Source: Chiloscyllium plagiosum (taxonomy: Eukaryota). Taken from it: a DNA stretch of 64,000 nt. Below the pieces are notes generated by a model. That model made no database searches, had not been told where the DNA came from, and was given only the letters and a program-made list of their open reading frames with translations. Where the stretch lies: the NCBI RefSeq assembly GCF_004010195.1, contig NC_057719.1:89535620-89599619 (forward strand), in the 5' to 3' direction. Position numbers and translations under genes: made by a program. The first letter of the stretch is position 1, and every line of letters begins with the position of its first letter. Below are positions 37,813-49,287 of this stretch, piece after piece.

Positions 37813-38278
37813 TGTCTGGTGTGTTTTGCACTAAAACTAACATCCAATTGCAGGTGATCATTATTTAGGTAACTTTATTTACACCTCCCCAACAGAGGCC
37901 TATACGAATAAATCCTCAGATTTTGAATGGACTACACCCATTCCAGTAAATATCCAGCAAACAACGCTGGAGAAACTCAGATGATCTGGTAGCTTTCATG
38001 GAGAGACAGAGTTCACGTTCCAAGTTTGGTAGGTCTCTGCTTCAGAGATGTTCAGGTGCATACCATTTCATAACTTTGCCACTTGTGTCTGCAATCACCT
38101 CTAAAATGGCAAGTAGGTCAAACTTTGTATCTACCTGTGCTATTTACTAATTTAGTCTTTTAAAAATGAAGTTTTTAAACAACCCATTTTTAACTTTCAC
38201 CCTGGCATATGTGATGAAGCTGTCACTTTAAGAGGTTATTTTGTCCTCATTTTATTTTGAAGAGAGGTTGTAAGGTAG

Positions 38279-39761
38279 GTCTGATCAAGGACAGTAGTGG
38301 GAGACTGTGTATTGAGTCGGAAGAGATAGGAGAGGTCTTGAATGAGTACTTTTATTCAGTATTTACGAATGAGAGGGAACGTATTGTTGAAGAGGAGAGT
38401 GTGAAACGGACTGGTAAGCTAGAGGAGATACTTGTTAGGAAGGAAGATGTGTTGGGCATTTTGAACAACTTGAGGATAGACAAGTCCCCCGGGCCTGACG
38501 GGATATATCCCTAGGATTATATGGGAAGCAAGAGAGGAAATTGCAGTACCGTTGGCAATGATCTTTTCGTCTTCACTGTCAACGGGGGTGGTAGCAGGGG
38601 ATTGGAGAGTGGCGAATGTGCCCCTGTTCATAAAAGGGAATAGGGATAACCCCGGGAATTACAGGCCAGTTAGTCTTACTTCGGTGGTAGGCAAAGTAAT
38701 GGAAAGGGTACTGAGAGATAGGATTTATGAGTATCTGGAAAGACACTGATTGATTAGGGACAGCCAGCACTAAATATTCAGCCTGGAGCCCAGTTACAAG
38801 TGGAGTTCCGCAGGGATCAGTTCTGGGTCCTCTGCTGTTTGTAATTTTTATTAATGACTTAGATGAGGGAGTCGAAGGGTGGGTCAGTAAATTTGCAGAT
38901 GATACGAAGATAGGTGGAGTTGTGGACAGTGAGGAGGGCTGTTGTCGGCTGCAGAGGGACTTAGATATGATGCAGAGCTGGGCTGAGGAGTGGCAGATGG
39001 ATTTCAACCCTGCCAAGTGTGAGGTTGTCCATTTTGGAAGAACAAATAAGAATGCGGAATTCAGGGTTAATGGTAGGGTTCTTAGTCAGGTGGAGGAACA
39101 GAGGGATCTTGGGGTCTATGTACATAGATCTTTGAAGGTTGCCACTCAGGTGGATAGAGTTTGTAAGAAGGCCTATGGAGTATTATCGTTCATTAGCAGA
39201 GGGATTGAATTCAAGAGTCGTGAAGTGATGTTGCAGTTGTACAGGACTTTGGTTAGGTCACATTTGGAGTACTGTGTGCAGTTCTGGTCGCTTCACTTTA
39301 GGAAAGATGTGGAAGCTTTGGAGAGGGTGCAGAGAAGATTTACCAGGATGTTGCCTGGAATGGAGAGGAAGTCGTACGAGGATAGGTTGAGAGTTCTCGG
39401 CCTTTTCTCGTTGGAACGGCGAAGGATGAGGGGTGACTTGATGGAGGTTTATAAGATGATCAGAGGAATAGATAGAGTAGACAGTCAGAAACTTTTTCCC
39501 TGGGTACAACAGAGTGTTACAAGGGGACATAAATTTAAGGTGAAGGGTGGAAGGTATGGGGGGATGTCAGGGGTGGGTTCTTTACCCAGAGAGTGGTGGG
39601 GGCATGGAATGCGCTGCCTGTGGGAGTGGCAGAGTCAGAATCATTGGTGACCTTTAAGCGGCAATTGGATAGGTACATGGATGGGTGCTTAAGCTAGGAC
39701 AAATGTTCGGCACAACATCGTGGGCCGAAGTGCCTGTTCTGTGCTGTATTGTTCTATGTTC
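38279..39761 (+). mobile_element. Relatively young 5'-truncated CR1 LINE with 8 bp TSD
   Basis: TSD TAAGGTAG at 38271-38278 and 39762-39769. RT motifs VPQGSVLGPLLF and KFADDTK, ORF 38922-39650, internal deletion at about 38770, (TTCTATG)n tail. Confidence 0.93.
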
Positions 39762-41166
39762 TAAGGTAGAGGTACAGAGCTGTCTCTAAGAAAGTAAGCA
39801 ATTTGCGAGGCCTTGGGTTTTTTTAAAAACTTGAACAATGGAAACAACTGGGTGTGGCCAGTTCTCGGAGACCAGGCATTCTAGTTTCTTCTAGTTCTTA
39901 GGTTTAGTTTTAAGCAGAAGCCATTGGGATCTCAAAAGAGTTAGAAGCTTCAGTGAATGGGGCATTCTCTGAATTTTCTCTATCTTTTCTCCTGAATTGG
40001 AGAATTGCATGTGAGAATCTGTGCCTGAATTTGCCTTTTAGCCAGGAGTGTGTTTATGGGATGTTATTATATTGGAGTAGTTAATTAGGAATAGGAATTG
40101 TATCGCTTTAGTTGTCTAATAGTTGTTTGTATTCTAACAATAGAGTTCAAAATTGTTTTGCTTAAAGTTGAGCAGTTTGACTGTCGCATTGCATCAGGAA
40201 CCCTTTAAAATAAGAAAATTCTTAAAACATTTTGAGGGGTTCTGGTCTGGTCCATAATAAACTGGAGGGTTCTTGTCAGGATCGAAATCCATAATTCCAA
40301 GTTGGGCTTAGGATTCTTGGGTCTGAGGCAGCGAGTGCAGGTGTTGGTGTCTTTTGTTTCAGGTGTTGAATTTGGTTGCTTTAAACAGGGTGTGCTTGCG
40401 TAATATGGCTTTTTCAGTCACTAAGAACTTTCTGGGGATGGAGGAAGTAACTGAGGGAATTTTGCAAAATGTGAGCAAAGCAAAGCTTTCTCAATTGGCA
40501 AACAAGTTGAAATTGGGGTTGTCGGTGTTTGCAAAGCACGGGGAGGTAATTGCAGTAACAGCTCGACATTTAAAATTTCTGGAAAGGCTATTAGAGTCTC
40601 TGGATGTTGCTAAAATTCAATTGCAAATGAAGCAGCTTGAACATGAAAAAGAAAATTAATTAGTTTGAACTACAATTAAAGGCAGAGGAAGAGAGAGAAA
40701 ATGAGAATTTGATAGAAGTTGGCAGTTAGAGAGGAAAGTTGACTTAAAAGGTCATTGAAAATAGATCAAACATATCTCACATTTAGAGAGATGATTATTT
40801 TGGAGGAGTTAAAAACTTCACTTCCTGAAGTGCGAGAATTCAGGTCAAATAGCAGAGTTAAAACTGCAGGATTTGCAGCTGAAATGGCCAGTGATTATGA
40901 GTTGGATCATAAATCAAAGTTTGGCTTCCAACATCAATTTCAATCTGAGGAATAGAAATTGGAGAAAAAAGAAATCCTCAAATGCTAAGGCAAAAGGAGA
41001 TTTCATAGGATATAGATCATAGAAGATAATATAGATCGTTTACCTTCCCTTTGAGGGGGAAAAGACCTAATAAAGCTCAGGTGTTTTTGCTACAATAAAG
41101 TCAGCCACATAAAGTCACAGGTGGTTTAGAAAAAGCACTGGGAAGGTGGATGTGGGAATCCAGTGA

Positions 41167-41448
41167 TTTAGATTAGATTAATTACTTACAGTGTGGAAAT
41201 AGGCCCTTCGGCCCAACAAGTCCACACCAACCCACCCAGACCCATTACCCTACATTTCATCCCTTCACCTAACACTAAGGGCAATTTAGCATAACCAATT
41301 CACCTAACCTGCACATTTTTGGACTGTGGGAGGAAACCCACGCAGACACGGGGAGAACGTGCAAACTCCACACAGTCAGTCGCCTGAGGCAGGAATTGAA
41401 CCCAGGTCTCTGGCGCTGTGAGGCAGCAGTGCTAACCACTGTGCCACC
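41167..41448 (-). mobile_element. V-SINE (HE1-like), young
   Basis: Head ggtggcacagtggttagcac...ggttcaattcc, V-domain and (TAATC)n tail. Confidence 0.88.
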
Positions 41449-41754
41449 TATTTCTGTTGAAGTGATAAAGGAAAGCCCAGTGGACGCTTAAAAAGCTGCA
41501 CCAGAATATACAACCTGGTCAGGGGTTAGTTGAGAAGGAAGGGCCAGATGTTCTTAAATCATGTACTTGCAAGAGTAAGATTTATTCACCTATGCCAGGA
41601 GGAACAAACAAAGGAATTACAATTTTACAATAGCATGCCATCTTTGGCGTTGAGAGATTAGAAGGTCTGTTGCCAGAAAAAGTGATATGTGGAATTCATG
41701 GGGAGATGAAAAGTGCTGTATTATGCAAAGTGAAGTTGGCGTATCTGGTGAGAA

Positions 41755-41925
41755 GTGGCTCAGTGATTAGTCCAGGGACCTGGGTTCGATTCCACCCTTG
41801 GGCAACTGTTTCTGTGGAGTTTACATATTCTCCCAGCGTCTGAGTGGGTTTCTGCTGGATGTACTGGTTTCTTCCCACAGTCCAAAGATGTGCAAGTCAG
41901 GCAGATTGGCTATGCTAAATGGCTC
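41755..41925 (+). mobile_element. V-SINE 5' half
   Basis: gtggctcagtgattag...ggttcgattcc B box, then the V-domain. Confidence 0.75.
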
Positions 41926-42670
41926 AATCCTAACACAGAATTTATAGCAAAAATTTACAGTGTGATGTAACTGAAATTATACATTGAAAAATTGATTGAC
42001 TGTTAAGCCTTTTATCTGTTAGAATACAGTGACAGTTTCACTTCTTTCATGTGTAAATCACAAAACCTTTTTTTAAAAAAAGTTGCATTCTCGGGTTAGC
42101 TGTTAACACCTTCAACATATTGTCTAGACAATATTTTGAAGGTGTTGGCCCCCTGTGTTCTCTGTCTATGCCGTGATGTTTAGATTGATTCTAATCTAAA
42201 AGGTGAGTTTTACATAAATTCATGCAGTTTTTGAGCTCAGAGTTCTACATGAATACATGCTGTTTTTGAGCAAAGTACAATGTAACCCTGCAAGTACAAA
42301 TTCACCCCACAAAATATATGTGCGTGTGTGGGTCTTTGTGTGTGTGTGTGTCTAGGTTGGGGGTTGTGAGTGTGAGAAAGTCTGTGAGTGGATGCATGTG
42401 GGAGTGTGTGTGGGTGTCTGTGTGCACGTCTGTGTGTATGCATCTTGAAACTTATTGAACAGGGGCTCTCCAGCTTCTGTCGCGACACTACAGATTTCTT
42501 ACAGAAACTCAGCACCCACGGAGCAGTCGAACCGGGAACATCCCCCATAATGATGGCATCGCGGCAACAGCCTCAGTACTCAACACCAACAACTGCCAAT
42601 CTCCAAACACCATCCTGCAACTCATCCGCTTTATCCTTGATTGCAACGTCTTCACTTTTGACAACCAGTC
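41926..42670. mobile_element. Penelope-like fragment with an inverted layout
   Basis: 42440-42670 on plus encodes SSFCRDTTDFLQKL and a LIRFIL..NVFTFDNQ-type RT remnant; the (GT)n-rich left part appears to be in the opposite orientation. Confidence 0.55.
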
Positions 42671-43857
42671 CAGTTTTTGAAGAGGGGTTGTAAAGCAGAG
42701 GTACAGAGCTCAATCTAATAAAGTTAATAATTTGTGCGGCCTTGGATTCCTTTTCAATTGGAACAATGGAAGTTGCCTGTGTGGGGCCAGTTCTCAGGCA
42801 TTCTAGGTTTTTTTTTAGTTTTTGGGTTTGGTTTTAAGCAGAAGTCACTGGGGTCTCAAAGTCTTGGTAGCTTCAGTGAAGGTGTTCCTGGCTGCTACAC
42901 TCTCTGAATCTTTTCATGTGCTTTCCTGCTGGATTGGAGAACTGCGTGCGAGAATCTGTGTCTGAATTTGCCTTTTTAACAAGAGGTGTATTTGTGGGAT
43001 ATTGTTATATTGGAACAGCTAATTAGTACTAAGTACTATATCTGTTATTTGGTTAAATTTTTCAATAGCTGTTATACTAAATTCCTCTTTCTTTTGTTTG
43101 TACTTTAAATATAGTGTTTAAATAAATTGTGTTTTGCTTAACATTGAGTAGTTTGACCATTTCGTCATTTTGGCTTTCGTTCCAATGGTGAGCGAGAGAG
43201 AGAGAATGCATGTGTGTGTGAGAGAGATTGCGTGAGTGAGAGAATATTTTGTTTTACCCTGAAGCCACATTTGTTGTATCTGGAACATGACACTTTACAT
43301 TTACCCTTAAAATAAGAAAAAGCCAGGGTCTAGGCGCCCTGCTTAAAATATTTTGAGGGGGTCTGGTATGGTCTGGTCCACAATACCTACTATCATCCCT
43401 CTGTTTGCCTGTCATTTTCTCTCTGGGCTCCACCTCCTCTCTCACCGCCAGCTTCTGTCAGGTCTGAAGAAGGGCCATTGGTCTTTAAACTTAACTCAGA
43501 TTTTTCCTCAGATCCTGCCAAACCTCTTGAGCTTCTCCAGTAATTTACGTTTTTCTTTCAAATTTCTGGTAGCCAGTTCGTCATTTTGTCTTTAGTTCCA
43601 ACTGTTTTCGGTTCTACCCTGAAGCTACATTTTTTGCTAATACCCCATTACCTTTGCAAAGTTTTCTTTTGCTTTGGGTTTTTTAAAAATCTGAAGTATT
43701 GCTACACTGCTTTGCAGCCTTGATATTTATAACCCCTCCCTCCCACTACTTGCTAGGCTAGTGGCAGTCTTCACTTTGACAAACTGCTTCTCCAGGTTTG
43801 CTGGGACTATTTACTAAACATATTACAAACCAACCTAATCACTCATGTTATTACACA

Positions 43858-43917
43858 CCCTTGAACCTGGGCTTCCGGGCTCAGCAATAAGTCACTACTG
43901 CTGCACCACAACAGCCC
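43858..43917 (-). mobile_element. tRNA-derived SINE head
   Basis: Minus strand gtggtgcagcagtag (A box) and ggttcaag (B box); a related copy is at about 36135-36195. Confidence 0.5.
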
Positions 43918-43938
43918 TTCCATTACACATTATGCACA

Positions 43939-44000
43939 GTCTCCCATCCAAGTACTCACAGACCAGAGTCTGTGAACTTTCGAGATCAGATTAGATAGGG
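43939..44000 (-). pseudogene. 5S rRNA-derived fragment (pseudogene or SINE3-type head)
   Basis: GTCTCCCATCCAAGTACT and CGAGATCAGA..AGAT.GGG match the reverse complement of the vertebrate 5S rRNA internal region at the right spacing. Confidence 0.75.
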
Positions 44001-44427
44001 TTGTCGGCAGGTCACTGCTTATTGCAGTCCCGTAAATCTAATTTTTCAGGTTTGCCCCATTTGCTTTTATTGAAAGCAATTCAACCCCTTCAGGCCATTG
44101 CGTGTTAATTGCATATTTACATGGCAGCACGTGCTAGTTTATTTTTCAGAAACATACTTTGTAAGTGTAGCAACGTATAAACGAATGCACAAAAGCAAAA
44201 TACCATTTACACCAGATTATCAGCAGCTGGGGTGAGGGGGAACAGTTGAACTGAGTCAGATGATGGCTACATCCTGGTGGGTCCTATGGAGTGGCAGTTT
44301 GCTTTAGCAGCGTTGTGAGTTTAGCTTGAGATACCAACAAGGAGAAAGTGAGGACTGCACACACTGGAGATCAAAGTTGCCAAATGGGGTGGTGGAGGAA
44401 AAGCACAGCATTTGAGGTAGCAGGAGA

Positions 44428-44462
44428 AATGATGTTTCAGGCATAGGCCCTTCATCAGGAAT
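44428..44462 (-). ncRNA. Minimal hammerhead motif
   Basis: CUGAUGA-A-GGGC-cuau-GCCU-GAAAC-AUC. Confidence 0.6.
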
Positions 44463-44465
44463 GGT

Positions 44466-44500
44466 AGGCTGATGAAGGGCTTATGCCCGAATAGTCGATT
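44466..44500 (+). ncRNA. Hammerhead motif with mutated GAAA
   Basis: CUGAUGA-A-GGGC-uuau-GCCC-GAAua-GUC. Confidence 0.5.
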
Positions 44501-45125
44501 CTCTTGCTCTTCTGATGCTGCCTGACCTACTGTACTTTTCCAGCGCCACACTCTCAACTTGAGATTCTGACAGCCACGATTGCCAAATATGTTGCCAATG
44601 CGGTGGGTTCAGCCCAGAATTCCTTGAGGCGGCTTCCGTGGAGTCTTGTGGCTCAGGATTCTAATGGCCCAGTGTGGTGGTCTGCTCTAGTGGCAATGAG
44701 ATGGGTCCTTGAAGCAGATTCTTCCAGCCTGGAATTGAAATGGCCTGGTTCCTGTCTTTTTCTTAACTTGAGAACCCATGAGTCGTGAATGAAAAAAATT
44801 AAGACAAGGTCCACCTTTTATTAAATGTTATTTCTGTTGTTAATATAAGGTGCCGATCCATGGCAACTTCAACACCTCCTGTATTTGTTTTTGTAAATCG
44901 CCAGTCTATTCTCGGACAACTCAGAATTTCAGACAGTACTTTGCTTTTATACAATAAAATATTCTCACCAATTTTGTTCTTAAGCAGAAACTATAGACAG
45001 TTTGCACAAATTTACGGCACATGTGATGCTGAAAGACTTGTGTTGTCCAACATGTTTGGATTAGTCTGGTCAAATGTGCATAATCTGCTGTTATATTAAC
45101 AATCCTCAATCTAACAAAAGAAAAG

Positions 45126-45131
45126 TTTATT
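45126..45131 (-). promoter_or_regulatory. Candidate DCAF4 polyadenylation signal (alternative at 44817-44822)
   Basis: TTTATT on the plus strand is AATAAA on the minus strand, about 230 bp after the stop. Confidence 0.4.
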
Positions 45132-45362
45132 CATTTAAATTTTATGTAACCAGCACAATACAATATTCTATTAAGAACACAAACTTAAAGGACCAGCTGT
45201 TCAGCCTCTTCTGCTCTTCACACACGTATTTTAAAAACATCACTGCTGGAGGAGATTAGAAAAATATAACCGCTTGAAATCTTTCTTCTTCACTGAACAA
45301 ATCTTATTATTGGAGCTGGTGCCATGTGAACTATATTTTTAAATTTTCTCTCAATGTTACAG

Positions 45363-45565
45363 TCAGTGATTGGAGCTGTATGAGAAGTGATATAGATCAT
45401 GATAGACTGCCATCAGAAGTCCAGGTACACCACTTCTTCCTCCCAACTGTGAAGAGAAAACTATACTGGGAATGGAGTCCTTGGAAATAGAGTGAGGAGA
45501 TGGAATTGTTCGAAGGAGGGTACCATCATGTAGACTCCAGATTCGAGTGTAACAATCTTGTCCAA
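45363..45565 (-). CDS. DCAF4: DCAF4 (WDR21) terminal coding exon
   Basis: Minus strand tttcag|TT GGA CAA; encodes (V)[23 protein letters not shown]...[20 protein letters not shown]. Confidence 0.95.
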
Positions 45566-45791
45566 CTGAAAAATTAATAGAAATAATGAAATAAATCACT
45601 ATCAGATGTTAAGGAAATACTCCTGGCTACTTGAGTAATGATAAATTGAGAGCAGTAAAATTTCTAATTAACTTTACCAGAATATTTCGTTAGTTCCTAC
45701 TTTTACATCAAATCAGGCTGTGATCCTGTTGACGTTTAAAGTTGAGGGCAGGAAAATCTGGCAAGATGAGAGGCAATGTCTTTTGAACTTA

Positions 45792-45985
45792 TAAAACGAA
45801 AATGCAGCGACTATTCAGCAGCTCTGACAGCTTCTACAGAGAGAAGCTGTTTACCTTTTAGATCAGTGACACTGTGCAATGAAAACTCATCGACTTGAAA
45901 CATTAACTATATTTCTCTTTCCACAGATGCTGTAAAACCTGCTGAGTATTTCCAATATTTTCTGTTCTTATCTGAGATTTCATAT
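45792..45985. mobile_element. Old miniature Penelope-like fold-back
   Basis: Inverted decayed arms and a hammerhead remnant (atgaaaactcatcgacttgaaacattaact). Confidence 0.5.
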
Positions 45986-46307
45986 TCTATGTCTTTTGGT
46001 TCTGGGTGATATGTATTGTTTAAAATATTTCATTTGCAGAAATAATGAAGTGGAAGTGGGAAGCAGCTTAAATAATGTTCTTGCCTGATGCTGTGATTCT
46101 GATCCCAGCAGATGTTACTCAGGTCAGATCCCAGCCAGCAACCTAGCTTGATAGATCATGTCTTTTTTTGTTTTAGTTTTAGCATCGTGGTCTCTCACTG
46201 AAATATATGTACAAAATGCTGCAGCTTTTGCTTTAACAATAAATTGGATGTCTATTACAAGATGAACTTAGATTAAATAGAATAGATTAAATAGAATAAT
46301 AATAGAT

Positions 46308-46518
46308 TTGCGTGGGTTTCCTCCGGGTGCTCCGGTTTCCTCCCACAGTCCAAAGATGTGCGGGTCAGGTGAATTGGCCATGCTAAATTGCCCGTAGTGT
46401 TAGGTTAAAGGGGTAAAGGTAGGGGTATGGGTGGGTTGCGCTTCGGCGGGTCGGTGTGGACTTGTTGGGCCGAAGGGCCTGTTTCCACACTGTAAGTAAT
46501 CTAATCTAATCTAATCTA
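46308..46518 (+). mobile_element. V-SINE, 5'-truncated, very young
   Basis: CpG-rich V-domain and a (TAATC)n tail. Confidence 0.88.
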
Positions 46519-48199
46519 AAACACAAACCCAAAAATTTTAATGATACAGTAAAGATATTAATTCCAACACTCCTGAGACACTCCTTTTTAAATTGAAAAG
46601 AACAGAACTGGCTTTTGTACCTCCTTTTATGCTTGTGCTCAGCAAACATAGGACACTATTCTCCAAATATGACACTATGTACTTGATCCTTACCTAGAAT
46701 GAGAGATTAGCTTGGCCTGCAACAGACAACCTATCGAGTCTACGTTGGCTCTCGGTAGATCAGTCAGTTTGATTCCCCTTTCCATCTCCATGGCCCTGAA
46801 TGTCTATTTCCCACAATTGCCCAAAGCAATCTTCTTTCGAAACAAGTGATAGTCTCCTCTTCTGCCACTCATATAGCAAATTTTAAGTTTTTCCTATTTG
46901 CTGCCTAAATACAGGGTTGTTCCTCACACCTCTCCCTTACCATCTGCCAAAACCTTAAGTACGTTTCCCGATAAACCTTGTACCACCAGCAAACGTCTGG
47001 AAAAAGATTCTCTCGTTGGCTTATCTAAACAGGCCATAATCTGAATTTAAATCTCATGTTGTGTGGTGACAGAAATGGATACAGTATCCTACTTGTGATA
47101 TAAGCAGAACTTTAAAGTTCATAACTTTTCTGCCTATCACTCAATCTGCCATTTCCTTCTGCTGTTACTAGTCACATTATCCACACTTTTTCCTGTCACC
47201 CTACTGCATTCTTAATCAAGCTAATCATCTGCCTTCAATTTCATGAGCTTCAACTTGAGCTAACAGCCTCTATTAGAGAGCTTTCTCAAATACCTTCTGA
47301 ACATCTGCATATAACATCATCGTTCCCCCGTCCATATCTTCAAAGAATTCAATCTAGTTTACCAGGCCTAACAAACTTCACAAATCTTTGCTGTCTCTCT
47401 GACTAGATTTTTTTAAGGGTCCACATCTTAATGGTGCACTCAAGTAATATTTTCCAATAACTAATGAAAGACTAAATGGTCATTAAATCACTGGTTTCCT
47501 TCTGTGACCTTTCCTAAACAGCAGAAATAAATGCACACGTTTTTAATCTAAAAAACATTTTTTTTAAATGAACAAAATTTTGGAGGATTGTAGATTGAGC
47601 ATTAACAATGTTTTCACCAGCTTTGTTTAAAAATCACTCTTATAAGTGTTGTTGATTTCTTAATTGCCATTATTGTGTTTAACTTAAAGTTGCCAAGACC
47701 CTGTCTCTGATTCAATATTAGTTTCCATGTGGTGACATAAATAATGTTGAATAATGCATTTGCATTTACCAAATTACTGTTAACAAGGTTTAAGAAAGCT
47801 TTTCTCCAAATGCAAAATTACTTTCTTGCTAATTTTAACTTCCCTCACACATTTATTTTCATACTACCTTTTCATAATAAGATAGCTCTTACTATCACCC
47901 TTTTCTGTCCTTTGTACCTTTCCTGTTCACCAGGATATACTTTTTTTTCCATTTTGAATGTTATATTATTTTGTGTTTTATGAATGACTACATAGCAGGA
48001 TGGCAAGCTCATGCCCTTTGCAGGTATTGTTGTGATCCCAGACCATGAAAACAAATTAGCATAGGCTCCCCAAACTAAAGATGTCTTAAACAGCTTTGTA
48101 GGATGGCTTCCTCTCTGATAACCCCACAAACGTCTGCTTGCAAAAGATTTATTTTCAATGAGTTCTGAACAGTTGAAGACTTCTCCCCAGCTCTGATTG

Positions 48200-48605
48200 G
48201 TGTGAGAGTACGCACGAAAGAATGTGAGTGAGTGCAAGAGACAGTGAGTAAAGAGAGAATATATGAGAGAATGCATGCGATATAGAAACGTGCGTGTGTG
48301 TGAGAGAGAAAAAGAGAATGAGAGACAGTGCGAGATTTAGAAGGGGTGAAAGAAACCAACAGTGTCTCAGAGAGTGAGAGTGTGCATGTGTGAAGAGTAA
48401 ATGTGTCCATGTGTGACAGAAACAATGCGTCCAGGTGAGAGAGAGAGTGTATGATAGGGAGAGAATGTATGTAAAAGAGAATGTGAGAGAGAGAAAATGT
48501 GTAAGTGTGTGCGAGTGAGAACACTATGAGAGAATGATAGAGAGAGACTGAGTGAGTGAGACAGTGTGTGCACATATGCACACATGGGCACACATGCATG
48601 TGTAT
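48200..48605. repeat. Degenerate (GA)/(GT) low-complexity tract
   Basis: Alternating gaga and tgtg runs. Confidence 0.75.
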
Positions 48606-49019
48606 TAGGCTGGGGGTCATTTTGAGCCTGGGAAAACACAGTTTTTCTGGCAGATTAACTGCCCTCATGCTAATAACCTTCAGCTGTAGTTATGTTGTGC
48701 TCGATGCCTGGTGGGCAGTTAAGTTATTCCAGCCAAATGACTGCCCAAGAATGCAAATTCTCTGACAATTCTGCCTGAATAGGAAGAAAGTAGATTACCA
48801 AACAGAGAGTTTGCCCATACATTTAGTGACACGACATAGAGAGCCTTGTAAAATTCAGTCATAGTCTGTCTTATTGACAACTGTATCTTGTACGAATGTG
48901 CATGGAGACATATCGGTGATGATGCAGCTCCTTTAACAAGGCTATGTTGTCCTTGGTTTATTTTCAGGTGGTCATAAAGGCACAAGTTCCAAAATGCCTG
49001 GGTTTGGGGCAGTTTGATT

Positions 49020-49287
49020 GTAGGTAATAGATACTGCTAGGATAATTATGTTGGGATAATCTGTTGGGTTTTCAGATAGGTTAAGTTATTCAGTTTCTGT
49101 TCTCTTTTGTTTGTGTTTCATTTGGTAATCTTGTAAAGTCTGTTTTATTTAAAACTAAGGTGGTTTGACCAGCTGCATCCCTCCTGGAATATCCACTCCA
49201 CACCTGCTTCAACCAACTCGCAAAATTAGGGTCAGGGCTACTTTTTTGAAATTTTTGAGGGGGTCTGGTCTGGTCTAGTCCATAACA
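49020..49287 (+). mobile_element. LTR 3' fragment related to the 38210-43385 LTRs
   Basis: Ends tttgagggggtctggtctggtctagtccataaca. Confidence 0.65.

Larger units (their letters stand above)
38210..43385 (+). mobile_element. Decayed Gypsy-type LTR retrotransposon (SCAN-like gag), internally deleted, with nested insertions
   Basis: 5' LTR 38210-40259 (split by a CR1) and 3' LTR about 42671-43385 share sequence and end in ggtctggtcca(t/c)aata. Decayed tRNA-Pro-like PBS at 40262-40282. Gag remnants: REMIILEELKTSLP, AAEMASDY and a degenerate zinc knuckle RCFCYNKVSHIKSQ. Possible TSD cata / ccta. Confidence 0.75.
44340..44557. mobile_element. Miniature Penelope-like fold-back with two back-to-back hammerhead motifs
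   Basis: Inverted arms around atggtagg; decayed TSD cttgagataccaaca / cttgagattctgaca. Confidence 0.8.

Noticed and set aside
38922..39650. 242 aa ORF as a host gene
   Set aside because: It is the RT C-terminus of a truncated, internally deleted CR1 with a TSD.
41385..41448. tRNA genes at SINE heads
   Set aside because: The A/B boxes run directly into the V-SINE body and no full cloverleaf forms.
43939..44000. Functional 5S rRNA gene
   Set aside because: It is partial and diverged, lacks the 5S 3' end and terminator, and is not in an array.
48075..48668. 197 aa His/Ser/Leu-rich ORF
   Set aside because: It is the translation of a CA/CT low-complexity tract. A faint resemblance of 48060-48200 to a GIY-YIG C-terminus was too weak to call.
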